NCBI GenBank assembly: GCA_963817955.1
Contig: CAWFQK010000004.1
Location: 768,001-832,000 of the forward strand
Length of the DNA: 64,000 nucleotides
DNA from: an uncultured Gemmatimonadaceae bacterium
GTDB lineage: Bacteria; Gemmatimonadota; Gemmatimonadetes; Gemmatimonadales; Gemmatimonadaceae
Reading direction: 5' to 3'
A program made the position numbers and the translations under genes. The notes under the pieces were generated by a model that saw only the letters and a program-made list of their open reading frames with translations, was not told the origin of the DNA and ran no database searches. The stretch's first letter is position 1; the number at the start of each line of letters is the position of its first letter. Of this stretch, positions 1 through 10,134 are shown piece by piece.

Positions 1-1789
1 TTCCCACCACGATCATGTACGGCACCTTCATGCGCGCGCCTTCCGCCACCCGGTACTTGAGCGTCTCCGACCGCGCGTCGAGATGCACGCGTACGCCCGC
101 CGCGTGCAAGCGTTTCGTGACCTCCTCGGCGTACGCACGGTAATCGTCGGTGATCGGCAGCACCCGCACCTGTTCCGGCGAGAGCCAGACGGGAAACGCA
201 CCGGCGAAATGCTCGATGAGAATGGCAATGAACCGTTCGATCGATCCACTCACCGCACGATGGATCACCACCGGCCGGTGGGCGTTGTTGTCGTCGCCCA
301 CGTACGTGAGATCGAACCGTTCCGGCGCGTTGTAGTCGAGCTGGATGGTGCCGAGCTGCCAGGGACGGCCGATCGAGTCCATGACATCGAAATCGATCTT
401 GGGTCCGTAGAACGCGCCGTCGCCGGGCTTGAGCTCGTATTCCATTCCCGTCGCTTCGAGCGCGGCGCGGAGCGAGGCCTCGGCGCGATCCCACATCTCG
501 TCGGTGCCGATTCGCACCTCGGGCCGCGTCGCGAACTTGAGCTTGGCCGTGAGACCGAACGTCTGCGTAGTAGTCGAGGATGAAGCGCAGCAGAAAGTGC
601 ACTTCATCCTTGATCTGGTCTTCCGCGAGGAAGACGTGGCAGTCGTCCTGCTGGAACTGACGCACGCGCGTGAGGCCCGACAGCGCGCCGGTCACTTCGT
701 TCCGGTGCAGCACGTCAAACGTCACGAAGCGCAGCGGGAGCTCGCGGTAGGAGTGCTTCTTCGTCTGGTACATCAGATAGTGCGACGGACAGTTCATGGG
801 CTTGAGCGAGAACTCGTGCTCGCCCGTCTCGTTGTCGAGCACGAGGAACATGTTCTCGCGGTACTTGCCCCAGTGGCCGGAGATCTCCCACAGCCCCTTG
901 TTGTACAGGAGCGGCGTCTTGATCTCGCGGAAGTCGTCGCGCTGGCGCTCGCGGATGAAATCCTGAATCGCGTTGAACAGCGATGGTGCCACGCTCCGTC
1001 CAGAACACGGCGCCGGGCGCGAACTGGTGGATCATGAACAGGTCGAGCTGTCGGCCGACCACGCGGTGGTCGCGCTTCCGCGCTTCCTCGATACGCTGGA
1101 GGTACGCGTCGAGCTCGTCCTTCTTGAAGAACGCCGTCCCGTAGATGCGCTGCAGCATCTGGCGCTTGGAATCGCCCCGCCAGTAGGCGCCGGCGGTATG
1201 CAGTCAGCTTGAAGTGCTTGAGGCGCGACGTATCGGGCACGTGCGGACCGCGGCACAGATCGATGAACGGTCCGTCCGTGTACGTCGAGATGATCTCATG
1301 GTCGCCGAGCTCGGACAGCCGCTCGAGCTTGAGCGGATCGTCGGCAAAGCGCTGTTGCGCCTCACTGCGACTCACCTCTTTGCGCACGAACGGCAACTTC
1401 TCCGCCGCAACCTTCCGCATCTCGTTCTCGAATGACGCGAGATCCTCGGGCGTGAACGGCTGCGCGACTTCGAAGTCGTAGTAGAAACCTTCGTCGATCG
1501 ACGGACCGAAGCCGATCTTGGCGTCCGGGCGCAGCCGACGGACGGCCGTCGCGAGGATGTGCGCCGCCGAGTGCCGGAGCACGTCAAGCGCCGGGGCATC
1601 GCGATCGGTCAGCACCCGAAATGTGCCGCTCACACGCAGTGGCGTCACGAGGTCCTGAAGCGTGTCGTTCACCTCCACCGCGACCGCGGCCTGAAGCAAA
1701 CGTTCACCAATCGATTTGACGACCTCGGACGGCAGGGTTCCTGACGCCACGGTGCGCTGCGATCCATCAGGCAGCGTCAGCGTGAGCAT
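1..1789 (-). CDS. thrS: Threonine--tRNA ligase; 3' end runs off the window; three +1 frameshifts (~1204, ~982, ~567)
   Basis: TGS start [62 protein letters not shown] and WQLGTIQLD are spread over four successive frames. Confidence 0.95.
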
Positions 1790-1990
1790 CGCTTCGGATG
1801 GGCGATCAATCATGTGGTTTAGACGGATGATTTGCCATCCAAGCGGGTGGAGAGTTTTCGCAGAGAATGCGCTCTCCAACACGTACTCCAGATGGCCTTG
1901 TTCTTGCACCGCGAGCGACGCGAGCACTCGCGCGATCTGTCTGCGTAAACTATCCTTCTGCAACAACCTCCGCCACAGGGCTCAGTCTCT

Positions 1991-2800
1991 ATGTCACCGT
2001 TTCACTATCGTGACGACGAGTCGTCATCCACGAGTACCGTTCTCGGCGTACTGGCTGGTGCAGTGGCCGGCTTTGCCGTTGGTATGCTGGTGGCGCAGCG
2101 GGTGGGCGGCTTCAGCGGTTTAACGTCCAAGCTGCGCAAGCGCGGGACGGGCGCCGCCGAGGCCTTCCGCGATCGCTACAACAATGCAGCCGGGCACGGG
2201 GAACACGACGACTTCGAGGACATCGAGGAGGACGAGCTCGAGTCCGAGGAGTATGACGAAAGCCTCGAAGAGCACGTGCTCGAGGCCTTCCGCAACGATC
2301 CCATCCTCGCTGAGCGTGCGATCGACATCGGTTCGATCGCCGACGGCGTGATCGAACTGGCCGGCTGGGTGGAAGACGAGGACGAGTCGCAGCATGCCGT
2401 CACGATCGCCCGCGGAGTACCGGGCGTTGTCACCGTGGTGAATCGCATTGCCCTTGGCGCCGAAGAGGACCGCTTCGCCGAGACGGCGCGGCGTTTCCGT
2501 GACGGTGATCCGGCGCTCAACGAGACGCGCTGGGAAGGCGGCGGGATCGGCACCGGCCGTCGCCGGCAGGGGACGTCGGATGAACCCGGACGTCATGCTG
2601 ATCCAAAGAACGACCTGGAAGAGCGCTGGCAGCGCACGGATGCCGCCCTACGCGACGCGGCCGATGATACGGCAGGAACGGCCGAGCGCCGAGCGCGCTC
2701 GAAGCGCACCGCACGTGGAGATCGCACCAGCGGGTCAGCCGAGGGGCCGACGGGCGTACCGAAAGGCGATCATGTAGACTACCCGCTCGACGACCGCTGA
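1991..2800 (+). CDS. BON domain protein with N-terminal membrane anchor and acidic/low-complexity regions
   Basis: Hydrophobic GAVAGFAVG segment; BON-like GVIELAGWV...ARGVPGVVTVVNRI. Confidence 0.8.
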   Translation: MSPFHYRDDESSSTSTVLGVLAGAVAGFAVGMLVAQRVGGFSGLTSKLRKRGTGAAEAFRDRYNNAAGHGEHDDFEDIEEDELESEEYDESLEEHVLEAFRNDPILAERAIDIGSIADGVIELAGWVEDEDESQHAVTIARGVPGVVTVVNRIALGAEEDRFAETARRFRDGDPALNETRWEGGGIGTGRRRQGTSDEPGRHADPKNDLEERWQRTDAALRDAADDTAGTAERRARSKRTARGDRTSGSAEGPTGVPKGDHVDYPLDDR

Positions 2801-2871
2801 GACCGAGGCGGCGCGCCGAGAGAGCAGAACGATCGGTTGTAGATTCGACGCAGGCGAACATCATACTATAG

Positions 2872-2911
2872 AGACGGTAGGGCGGCAACGCTTCTACCGT
2901 CTTTCTTCTTT
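2872..2911 (+). terminator. Intrinsic terminator
   Basis: AGACGGTAGGGCG-GCAA-CGCTTCTACCGTCT stem with a GNRA loop, followed by TTCTTCTTT. Confidence 0.75.
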
Positions 2912-2964
2912 GCAGGCCAGTGCCCTACCGCAGTGCCTCCCCAAGGCCTTACTGTCTCCTCACG

Positions 2965-4560
2965 ATGAAACGCTTCCCTGCCCGCTGGGTTCCGGCGCTG
3001 CTCCTCCTGATAGCCGTCCCCACCCGTTCGCGGGCGCAGGCCACTCGCCCTGATGCGGTGTACGGCTCGCGCTACTTGTCGATGGAGAACTGGGCCTACG
3101 ACGCGATCACCCAACTGCGCCGCCGCGGGTTGTTGTCGTCGCTCGATCCGCTGGCGCAGCCGTATCATCGCATGGACGTGGCGCGTGCCGTCGCCGCATT
3201 GAATCCCGACACCCTGCAACAGCCTGTATCACAGTGGGTACGGCTCCTCCGCGACGAGCTCGCACCGGAGTTCGCGCGGCTCGCCGGACGCGACTCATTG
3301 ATAGCAGGCTACGAAGCGATCGGCGGCATCACGAGCTCCACGAGCCGCAGTCTCGACCCGTTGCTCCCGTGGCGGCATCCCGATGAGGGCACACACTTCA
3401 CCAACCGGGCATGGACGAACTATGGCCTCGGCGGGTGGTTCGAGTTGGGACGACTCAGCGGTGAGACACGCTTGTTCGAGGATTGGTATCTGAAGCACGG
3501 CGGCAACGGCGACCCGCTCGGCCGCGATCCAGGTGGCATTGCGTTCGTGAACAAGACCGACAATGCCTACCTCGAGGCCGCGTTCTCGCACGGTGATGTG
3601 TTCATTGGTCGAATGAAGCGGAACTGGGGACCGCTGGGGACTGGCGGTCTGATGGTATCCGACAACCCGACGGCGTACCCACAGGTCGGCTTCGATCTGA
3701 AGGCCGGGCGCGTCTCCTATCGATTCTTTCTCGGGGAGCTCGACACGCTGGCCGGAACGCTCGCCGGAACGCCGCGCCAGGAGTGGAACCGGTTTTTCGT
3801 CGCGCACGAGTTGGAATACCGGACGCCGAATTTTGGTATCTCGATCGGCGAGTCTGACCTGTACGCGGCGTCGTACCCGTTGATCAACACGTTCAATCCG
3901 ATGGAGCTGTTCTTCTTCCAGCAAGACATCGTGCCGCAGCAGGCGACCAGCAACACCGAGCTCAATGGAAAGCTGTGGATCCAGCGCGGGCCGCTGCTGC
4001 TGTACGGCGAAACCATGCTCGATGACATCCACGTGGACAACACAGCTCCGGTGCGGGCCGCGATCTCCGGCGGCGCGCAGTATGTTGCCGCGCCGTGGAT
4101 GGAGCTCGGCGGCGACTTGCGCGTCGTCACGTCGCTCACCTATTGGACGACGCATTCCACCGATCAGTGGGACTTCTACTATCGCGGTCTCGGCGATCCG
4201 TTCTCCGACTACGTTCGCGCCACCATGCGCGCGTCACTGTATCCGCACATTACCGGCCTCCGCCTCACGCCCATGCTCGTGCTGCAGGCCAAGGGAGAGG
4301 GCGACTATCGCACGACGGTCATCCCGACGGATTCAGCGTTTCGTCATACCAAGAACCTGTTTCTCGGCGTGCGGGAGAATACTACACGACTCGCGCTGGC
4401 CGGCCGATACCAGCCGACACGCTCGTGGTTTCTCGACTGGGACGGTGGTCTGAACTTCGTCACCAACGCCAACCACGTCGTCGGCAACAAGATCAGCGAG
4501 TTCCAGGGCGTTGTCCGCTTCGGCGTCACGCTCACGGGTCCGCGTGTCGGAACACCTTAG
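2965..4560 (+). CDS. Secreted/outer-membrane protein, capsule assembly Wzi-like
   Basis: Signal peptide; WAYDAITQLRRRG N-terminal motif; IGRMKRNWGPLGTGGLMVSDN resembles the Wzi family; beta-strand-rich C-terminus. Confidence 0.6.
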   Translation: MKRFPARWVPALLLLIAVPTRSRAQATRPDAVYGSRYLSMENWAYDAITQLRRRGLLSSLDPLAQPYHRMDVARAVAALNPDTLQQPVSQWVRLLRDELAPEFARLAGRDSLIAGYEAIGGITSSTSRSLDPLLPWRHPDEGTHFTNRAWTNYGLGGWFELGRLSGETRLFEDWYLKHGGNGDPLGRDPGGIAFVNKTDNAYLEAAFSHGDVFIGRMKRNWGPLGTGGLMVSDNPTAYPQVGFDLKAGRVSYRFFLGELDTLAGTLAGTPRQEWNRFFVAHELEYRTPNFGISIGESDLYAASYPLINTFNPMELFFFQQDIVPQQATSNTELNGKLWIQRGPLLLYGETMLDDIHVDNTAPVRAAISGGAQYVAAPWMELGGDLRVVTSLTYWTTHSTDQWDFYYRGLGDPFSDYVRATMRASLYPHITGLRLTPMLVLQAKGEGDYRTTVIPTDSAFRHTKNLFLGVRENTTRLALAGRYQPTRSWFLDWDGGLNFVTNANHVVGNKISEFQGVVRFGVTLTGPRVGTP

Positions 4561-6028
4561 CGCACGAGCCGCCGTCGTACGGCCGCGACTGCCCGTCGTT
4601 CGGCTGGCGTGGGCGCAGGTGGCGTGGCTCGTCGCGCTCGCGGTGCTGTGGACTGGCGGCATGTTCCGACTGCCGCTCGATGCCGACTACACGTCGGGAG
4701 AGCTTCTCGACCACCTGATGTCCTGGCGGAGTACCGGCGTTCTGTACTCCGATCCGTCCGTCGCGCCGTACCGCGTGTTGAACTATCCACCGCTGTTTCT
4801 CGCGCTGGCACGCGGCCTGTGGGCCCTCGGCATTCCTCCGCTGTTCGCGGCGCGACTCCTGGGAACGCTCGGCGTCGCGGCGGCGCTCGCGGTGGTCTAT
4901 CGCTGGCTGCGCCAGGTGGACGTGCAACGGGAGATTGCACTGGGTGTCGTCGCGCTCGCAGCGGCCAGTCTGCCGATCGTGCATCTGACGGGACAGTTCC
5001 ATCTCGAGGGGCTGGCGGTCGCCACGACGGCGGCGGGCTTCTACTGTGCACAGCGCCGCACGCCGCGGACCGATCTCATCGCGGGAACGCTGCTTGGTGT
5101 CGCCTGCCTCACGAAGCAATCCCAAGTCGCGCTCACACTCGTGGCACTCGCCTGGGTCCTGACCGACCGCGGCGTGCGCGGCTGGCGCGTGCTCACCACG
5201 TATGCGGTCACCGGAGCCGTCGGCTGTACCCTCATTACCGGCATCTTCGGCATGGAGGCGTGGCGTCACATGCTGACGTACACCGTCGGCACCTTCTCCC
5301 TGGCCCAACTGGGCATGCAGCTCGCGTCACACGCACTACCGTGGATCGTCTTTGCCGCGGTGGCATTCAGCGAGGCCTTCCATCGGCCGGCCAACCGCCG
5401 CGACGCGCGCACCTGGTATCTTGCGGGCACCACAGTGTGGCTGCTCTCCTCAGCGCGCGTCGGCGCCAGCTACACGTACTTCCTGGACTGGCAGCTCGCG
5501 GTGATGCTCTGGGTTGGCCCGGCGGTGCAGCGTTGGCTGGCCGAGCGTGGCGTGCCCGAACGGCGCAGATGGCGATGGGCCGTCGGGGCGGCGTTCGCCG
5601 TTCAGGTGTTGTTCGCGGACGTGATCGTGGGCGGGATTCTCGGTTACGACTTGCGGGTGGCACAGGCCGGGGCGGCAACGCTCGCGACAATGTGCGCGGC
5701 AGTCCCGCCCGCGCCCGAGCTGACCGTCTCGGAATCGCCAGGCCTCGTTCGCGCCTGCGGGGGGCTGCCGGCGCTACACCCGTTCATCATCAGCAACCTC
5801 ACGGCGCGTGGACTGTGGAACGAGACCACGTTCGTACAGGACCTGACCAATGCGCGGTATGCGACGGTCGTGTTGCCCTTCGACCCGGCTTTCGAGGCCC
5901 GAGGGGTGCACGCGGAGCGTTGGACGCCGGCCATGATCGCCGCCATTCGCCAGGGCTACCAAGGGAGCACCATCGGGAGCTGGTGGGTGGGTGAGAGGTC
6001 CCGGGTCCGCCCGGCGGCCCTTCGTTGA
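4544..6028 (+). CDS. Multi-pass membrane glycosyltransferase (GT-C/ArnT/PMT-like); start uncertain
   Basis: About 10 hydrophobic segments with NYPPLF, ARLL and TKQ motifs typical of GT-C folds. Confidence 0.6.
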   Translation: MSEHLSARAAVVRPRLPVVRLAWAQVAWLVALAVLWTGGMFRLPLDADYTSGELLDHLMSWRSTGVLYSDPSVAPYRVLNYPPLFLALARGLWALGIPPLFAARLLGTLGVAAALAVVYRWLRQVDVQREIALGVVALAAASLPIVHLTGQFHLEGLAVATTAAGFYCAQRRTPRTDLIAGTLLGVACLTKQSQVALTLVALAWVLTDRGVRGWRVLTTYAVTGAVGCTLITGIFGMEAWRHMLTYTVGTFSLAQLGMQLASHALPWIVFAAVAFSEAFHRPANRRDARTWYLAGTTVWLLSSARVGASYTYFLDWQLAVMLWVGPAVQRWLAERGVPERRRWRWAVGAAFAVQVLFADVIVGGILGYDLRVAQAGAATLATMCAAVPPAPELTVSESPGLVRACGGLPALHPFIISNLTARGLWNETTFVQDLTNARYATVVLPFDPAFEARGVHAERWTPAMIAAIRQGYQGSTIGSWWVGERSRVRPAALR

Positions 6029-6043
6029 TATCTTTATAGACCT

Positions 6044-8821
6044 ATGACTCTTCCCGATCGCTACGACTTCGCGTCGACCGAATCCGAGATCTACCGCGCC
6101 TGGGTGGGCGCGGGCTGCTTCGATGCATGTGCTAGCGAGTCAACACGTGCAGGGGGCATGCAGGAGCCGTTCACGATTGTCATGCCGCCGCCGAACGTGA
6201 CGGCCATTCTGCATGTCGGTCACGGCTTGAACAACGCGATTCAGGACGTGATCATGCGGTGGGCGCGCATGCGCGGCGCCGAGGCGCTGTGGGTTCCTGG
6301 CACCGACCACGCGGGGATCGCGACACAGAACGTCGTCGAGAAACTGGTCGCCGGCGAAGGCAAGACGCGTTTCGACCTCGGGCGCGAGGCGTTTGTGCGC
6401 CGAACCGAAGCATTCGTCGCCGAAACGGGCGGTACGATTCTCAGCCAACTGCGCGCGATCGGCGCATCGGCCGACTGGTCGCGCACGGCGTACACGCTCT
6501 CTCCCGAGCTGTCGCGCGCCGTGCGCGAGGCGTTCGTACGCTTGTTCGAACGCGGGCTGATCTATCGCGGCTACCGTGTGATCCACTGGTGTCCGCGCTG
6601 TCTCACCTCGTTGAGCGATGAGGAAGCAGAGTTCAACGACGAGACTGGTAAGCTGTACCATATCGGATATCGGGTCGCCGGTCGCGGCGATCTCTTGACG
6701 ATTGCAACGACTCGGCCGGAAACGATGCTCGCCGACGTCGCGGTGGCGGTGAATCCCGAGGACCCGCGCTACCGGCATCTCGTGGGAGCGCACGTGATAC
6801 TGCCGATCGTGAATCGCGAGATTCCGATCATCGCCGACGACTACGCAGACCCGGCGTTCGGCACGGGCGTGGTGAAGATCACGCCGGCGCACGACGCCAA
6901 CGACTTCGAGGTGGGCAAGCGCCATTCGCTCGCCATGCCGATCGTGATCGACGAACACGGCGCATTGCATGAAGTGAAGGATGCCGGCGGACGCGTGCCG
7001 GCGGAGCTCGACGGTCTCGATCGCTTCGAGGCGCGCGAGCGCATCGTGAAACTGCTCGAGGAAAGTGGCGCGCTCCAGAAGATTGAAACGCACCAGCACT
7101 CGGTGCGCCATTGCTATCGCTGCGATACAGTCGTGGAGCCGCGGCTATCCGATCAGTGGTTCGTATCGATGGAGCCGCTCGCCCGCCCCGCGCTGCAGGC
7201 GGTGCGCGAGGGCGCCATTCGTATTCTGCCCGAACGGTGGGAAGCCGTCTACGTCAATTGGCTCACCAACATTCGCGACTGGAACATCTCGCGCCAGTTG
7301 TGGTGGGGGCACCGCGTGCCGGTGTGGTACTGTGACGAGTGCGATCCGCCGCAGAACGTCATCGCCAGCCGCGAAGACCTCACGGAGTGCCCCTATTGCG
7401 GTTGCCCCGTGCGGCAGGACGAGGACGTGCTCGACACCTGGTTCTCCTCGTGGCTCTGGCCGATCTCCACGCTCGGTTGGCCGAACGAGCAGTCGCCGGA
7501 CCTCGCCGCATTCTACCCGACGGACACGCTCGTCACCGCGCCCGAGATCCTGTTCTTCTGGGTCGCGCGGATGATCATGGCCGGCTACGAGTTCATGGGC
7601 CGCGCCCCATATCACACGGTGTACCTGCACGGCACGGCGCGCGACACGCAGCATCGTAAGATGTCGAAGTCACTCGGCAACGGCATCGACCCGCTCGACG
7701 TGGTCAAGCTGTACGGTGCCGACGCCCTTCGGTGGACGCTCATTGCCGGCATGGGAATGGGCGCCGACGTCATTCTCGATCCGGACGACCTGGACAAGTC
7801 GTTCGCCACGGGCCGCAACTTCAACACGAAGCTGTGGAACATTGGCCGCTTCCTGCTCGATCGCGTCGGCACCGATCCGGTGCAGCGTGTCGATAAGCTC
7901 GACCGTGCGTCGCTCACCCGCGCCGACGCCTGGATTCTGGCGCGCCTCGATACCGCGATCGAGGAGTGTGACCGCGCGCTCGGCCCGCTCCGGCCGACGC
8001 AGCCGCACGAGTCTCCGGATGGCCGCGTGTGGACGGACGCCGAGCGGTACGCCGGCCTCCGCCTGAACGAATACGCCGAAGCGGCGCGCCGCTTCGTGTG
8101 GAACGAACTCGCAGACTGGTATCTGGAATCTGTAAAGGCGCGGCTCGAGGTTCCCGGCGCCGATCGCGAGGTGGCCCGTGCCGTGCTCGTACACGCCTTC
8201 GACCAAGCGCTTCGCCTGCTGCATCCCGTGGTGCCGTTCATCACCGAATCGCTCTGGCAGCGGCTGCCTGGGCACGAGGTCGATACGTTTCTCGTGCGGG
8301 CGCTGTGGCCCGACGCCTCCGGTGCGGTCTCGTTTGAGGCGGCACAGGAATTCGAGCAGGTGCGCGACGCCGTCCTCGCCATTCGCCAGATTCGCGGCGA
8401 CAACGCCGTGGCGCCCGGCAAAGTGATCGAAGCGCTCGTGCGGCCCACGACCAACGTCGAACAGGTTGCTCGCCTCTTCCAGGCCGAAGCCGCTACGATC
8501 GGTCGGCTCTCGCGCGCCGACGTGCGCGTGGTGGACGCTGCCCCGGCGGGCGCCGCGGCACACGCGGTGATCGGCGGCGGCACGGAGATCATCGTGCCAC
8601 TCGGCGGTTTGATCGACGTCGAGACGGAATGTGCGCGACTGCGACTGGATATCGCCGAGATGGATAAGCAGATCACGTCGCGCGAAGGACGCCTCGACAA
8701 TCCCAAGTACGTCGAGCGCGCTCCGGCGCAGGTGGTGGCGAACGATCGCGCCATACTCGCCGAGATGCAGTCGAAACGAGCACAACTCGTGGACAAGGTG
8801 AGGGCGCTGTGCGGCGCCTGA
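6044..8821 (+). CDS. valS: Valine--tRNA ligase
   Basis: MPPPNVT, HVGH, GTDHAGIATQ, DWNISRQLWWGH, KMSKS, C-terminal coiled coil. Confidence 0.98.
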   Translation: MTLPDRYDFASTESEIYRAWVGAGCFDACASESTRAGGMQEPFTIVMPPPNVTAILHVGHGLNNAIQDVIMRWARMRGAEALWVPGTDHAGIATQNVVEKLVAGEGKTRFDLGREAFVRRTEAFVAETGGTILSQLRAIGASADWSRTAYTLSPELSRAVREAFVRLFERGLIYRGYRVIHWCPRCLTSLSDEEAEFNDETGKLYHIGYRVAGRGDLLTIATTRPETMLADVAVAVNPEDPRYRHLVGAHVILPIVNREIPIIADDYADPAFGTGVVKITPAHDANDFEVGKRHSLAMPIVIDEHGALHEVKDAGGRVPAELDGLDRFEARERIVKLLEESGALQKIETHQHSVRHCYRCDTVVEPRLSDQWFVSMEPLARPALQAVREGAIRILPERWEAVYVNWLTNIRDWNISRQLWWGHRVPVWYCDECDPPQNVIASREDLTECPYCGCPVRQDEDVLDTWFSSWLWPISTLGWPNEQSPDLAAFYPTDTLVTAPEILFFWVARMIMAGYEFMGRAPYHTVYLHGTARDTQHRKMSKSLGNGIDPLDVVKLYGADALRWTLIAGMGMGADVILDPDDLDKSFATGRNFNTKLWNIGRFLLDRVGTDPVQRVDKLDRASLTRADAWILARLDTAIEECDRALGPLRPTQPHESPDGRVWTDAERYAGLRLNEYAEAARRFVWNELADWYLESVKARLEVPGADREVARAVLVHAFDQALRLLHPVVPFITESLWQRLPGHEVDTFLVRALWPDASGAVSFEAAQEFEQVRDAVLAIRQIRGDNAVAPGKVIEALVRPTTNVEQVARLFQAEAATIGRLSRADVRVVDAAPAGAAAHAVIGGGTEIIVPLGGLIDVETECARLRLDIAEMDKQITSREGRLDNPKYVERAPAQVVANDRAILAEMQSKRAQLVDKVRALCGA

Positions 8822-10130
8822 TTGCGCTTCTCCTGATCGGCGGCTGCGCGTCCGCGGGCCCACCACCGGGCGGCGTCGAGCGACACACGCCCCCGGCGAT
8901 CGTGTCGATCTCGCCCGATTCCGGGGCGACCAATGTCAACATCAAGTCGGTGGAGTTCAAGTTCGACGAAGTCGTGAGCGATCGCCCGGCGGGAGCGGGA
9001 ACCGCGCTCGATCAGATCTTTCTCGTATCGCCGCGCAATGGTGCCGCGGATGTCGGCTGGCACCGCAGCCGCGTGACCGTGCGCCCCCGCAACGGGTTTC
9101 GGCCGAACACGGCGTATCGGATCACCATGTTGCCTGGCCTCGTCGACCTGCGCGGCAATGTCGTGAAAGAGGGCCGCACGATCGTCTTCTCGACAGGGCC
9201 GACGTTTCCGCCATTCAGCATTCCTGGCATCGTGTTCGACTGGGTGGCACAGCGTCCGGCCTCCGGCGCGTACATCGAAGCGGCATCGAAAGCCGATACG
9301 AGCATCGTCTACATTGGTGCCAGCGATAGCACCGGCCACTTCGACCTCGGTCCGCTGCCGGCAGGCACCTACCTCGTACACGCGCTCATCGACCAGAACG
9401 CCAACCGTACCATCGATCGCAACGAGAAGTGGGACAGCACCACCGTCACCATCACGAACGCGCGGAGCATGACTGAACTCGATGTCATCGAGCGCGACTC
9501 AGTGCCGGCGGTGATGGAGAACGTCGCGCGACTCGACAGTGTCACGATCCGGATCACCTTCGACAAACCGCTGGATCCGCATCTCGAATTCCAGCCGTCA
9601 CAGGTGACCATCAAGCGGGCCGACTCCACGACAGTCCCGGTGTTGCGCGTGCAGGGGGAGACCGCGTACGATCGTGCCCGGCAGGCCACAGACTCCGCGC
9701 GGCGGGCCGACTCGACGAAGGCGGCACAGAAACCCGACTCCGCGCGGCGGGCCGACACAACGAAGGTGGCTCCGCCTGCACCACCTGCGACCGCACCCGG
9801 CGGACGTCGTGCACCGCCGCCACCGCCCAAGCCGAGCACGCCGCCACCGGATCGCGCGATCATCGTCACCGTCGCACCGACGACGCCGTTCGTGGTCGGC
9901 GTCACGTATCGCATTACCGCCAACAGCATGCGGAACCTGGTCGGACATGCGCGCGAGTCCTCGCGCTTGTTCACGGTGCCGAAACCGGCCCCGCCCAAAC
10001 CCGCGCCGGCCGATACCACTCGCCGGCCCCCGCCGATACCACTCGCCGGCCACCCGCCGACACGGCACGTCCGCCGGTGAAACCGCTGGCGAAACCGCTG
10101 GCGAAACCGCCGGCGAAGCCGCCGCGCTGA
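8809..10130 (+). CDS. Ig-like (Big_5-type) domain lipoprotein with Pro-rich tail; as-read stop at 10080, probable true stop at 10130 after a 1-nt loss in the C-run at 10027-10031
   Basis: Lipobox-like LIGGC; PPGG...PAIVSISPDSGATNV Ig start; the PADTTRRP repeat continues in the other frame to PVKPLAKPLAKPPAKPPR*. Confidence 0.75.
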
Positions 10131-10134
10131 TCGC

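Noticed and set aside
560..1210. Programmed frameshifting or true pseudogene in thrS
   Set aside because: No slippery sequences, the flanking protein is undegraded, and similar single-base insertions occur in an unrelated nearby gene
7612..9381. Long antisense or alternate-frame ORFs (this one, 33628-34689, 37524-39251 and many others)
   Set aside because: Shadow ORFs expected at high GC; they overlap well-supported genes and lack motifs
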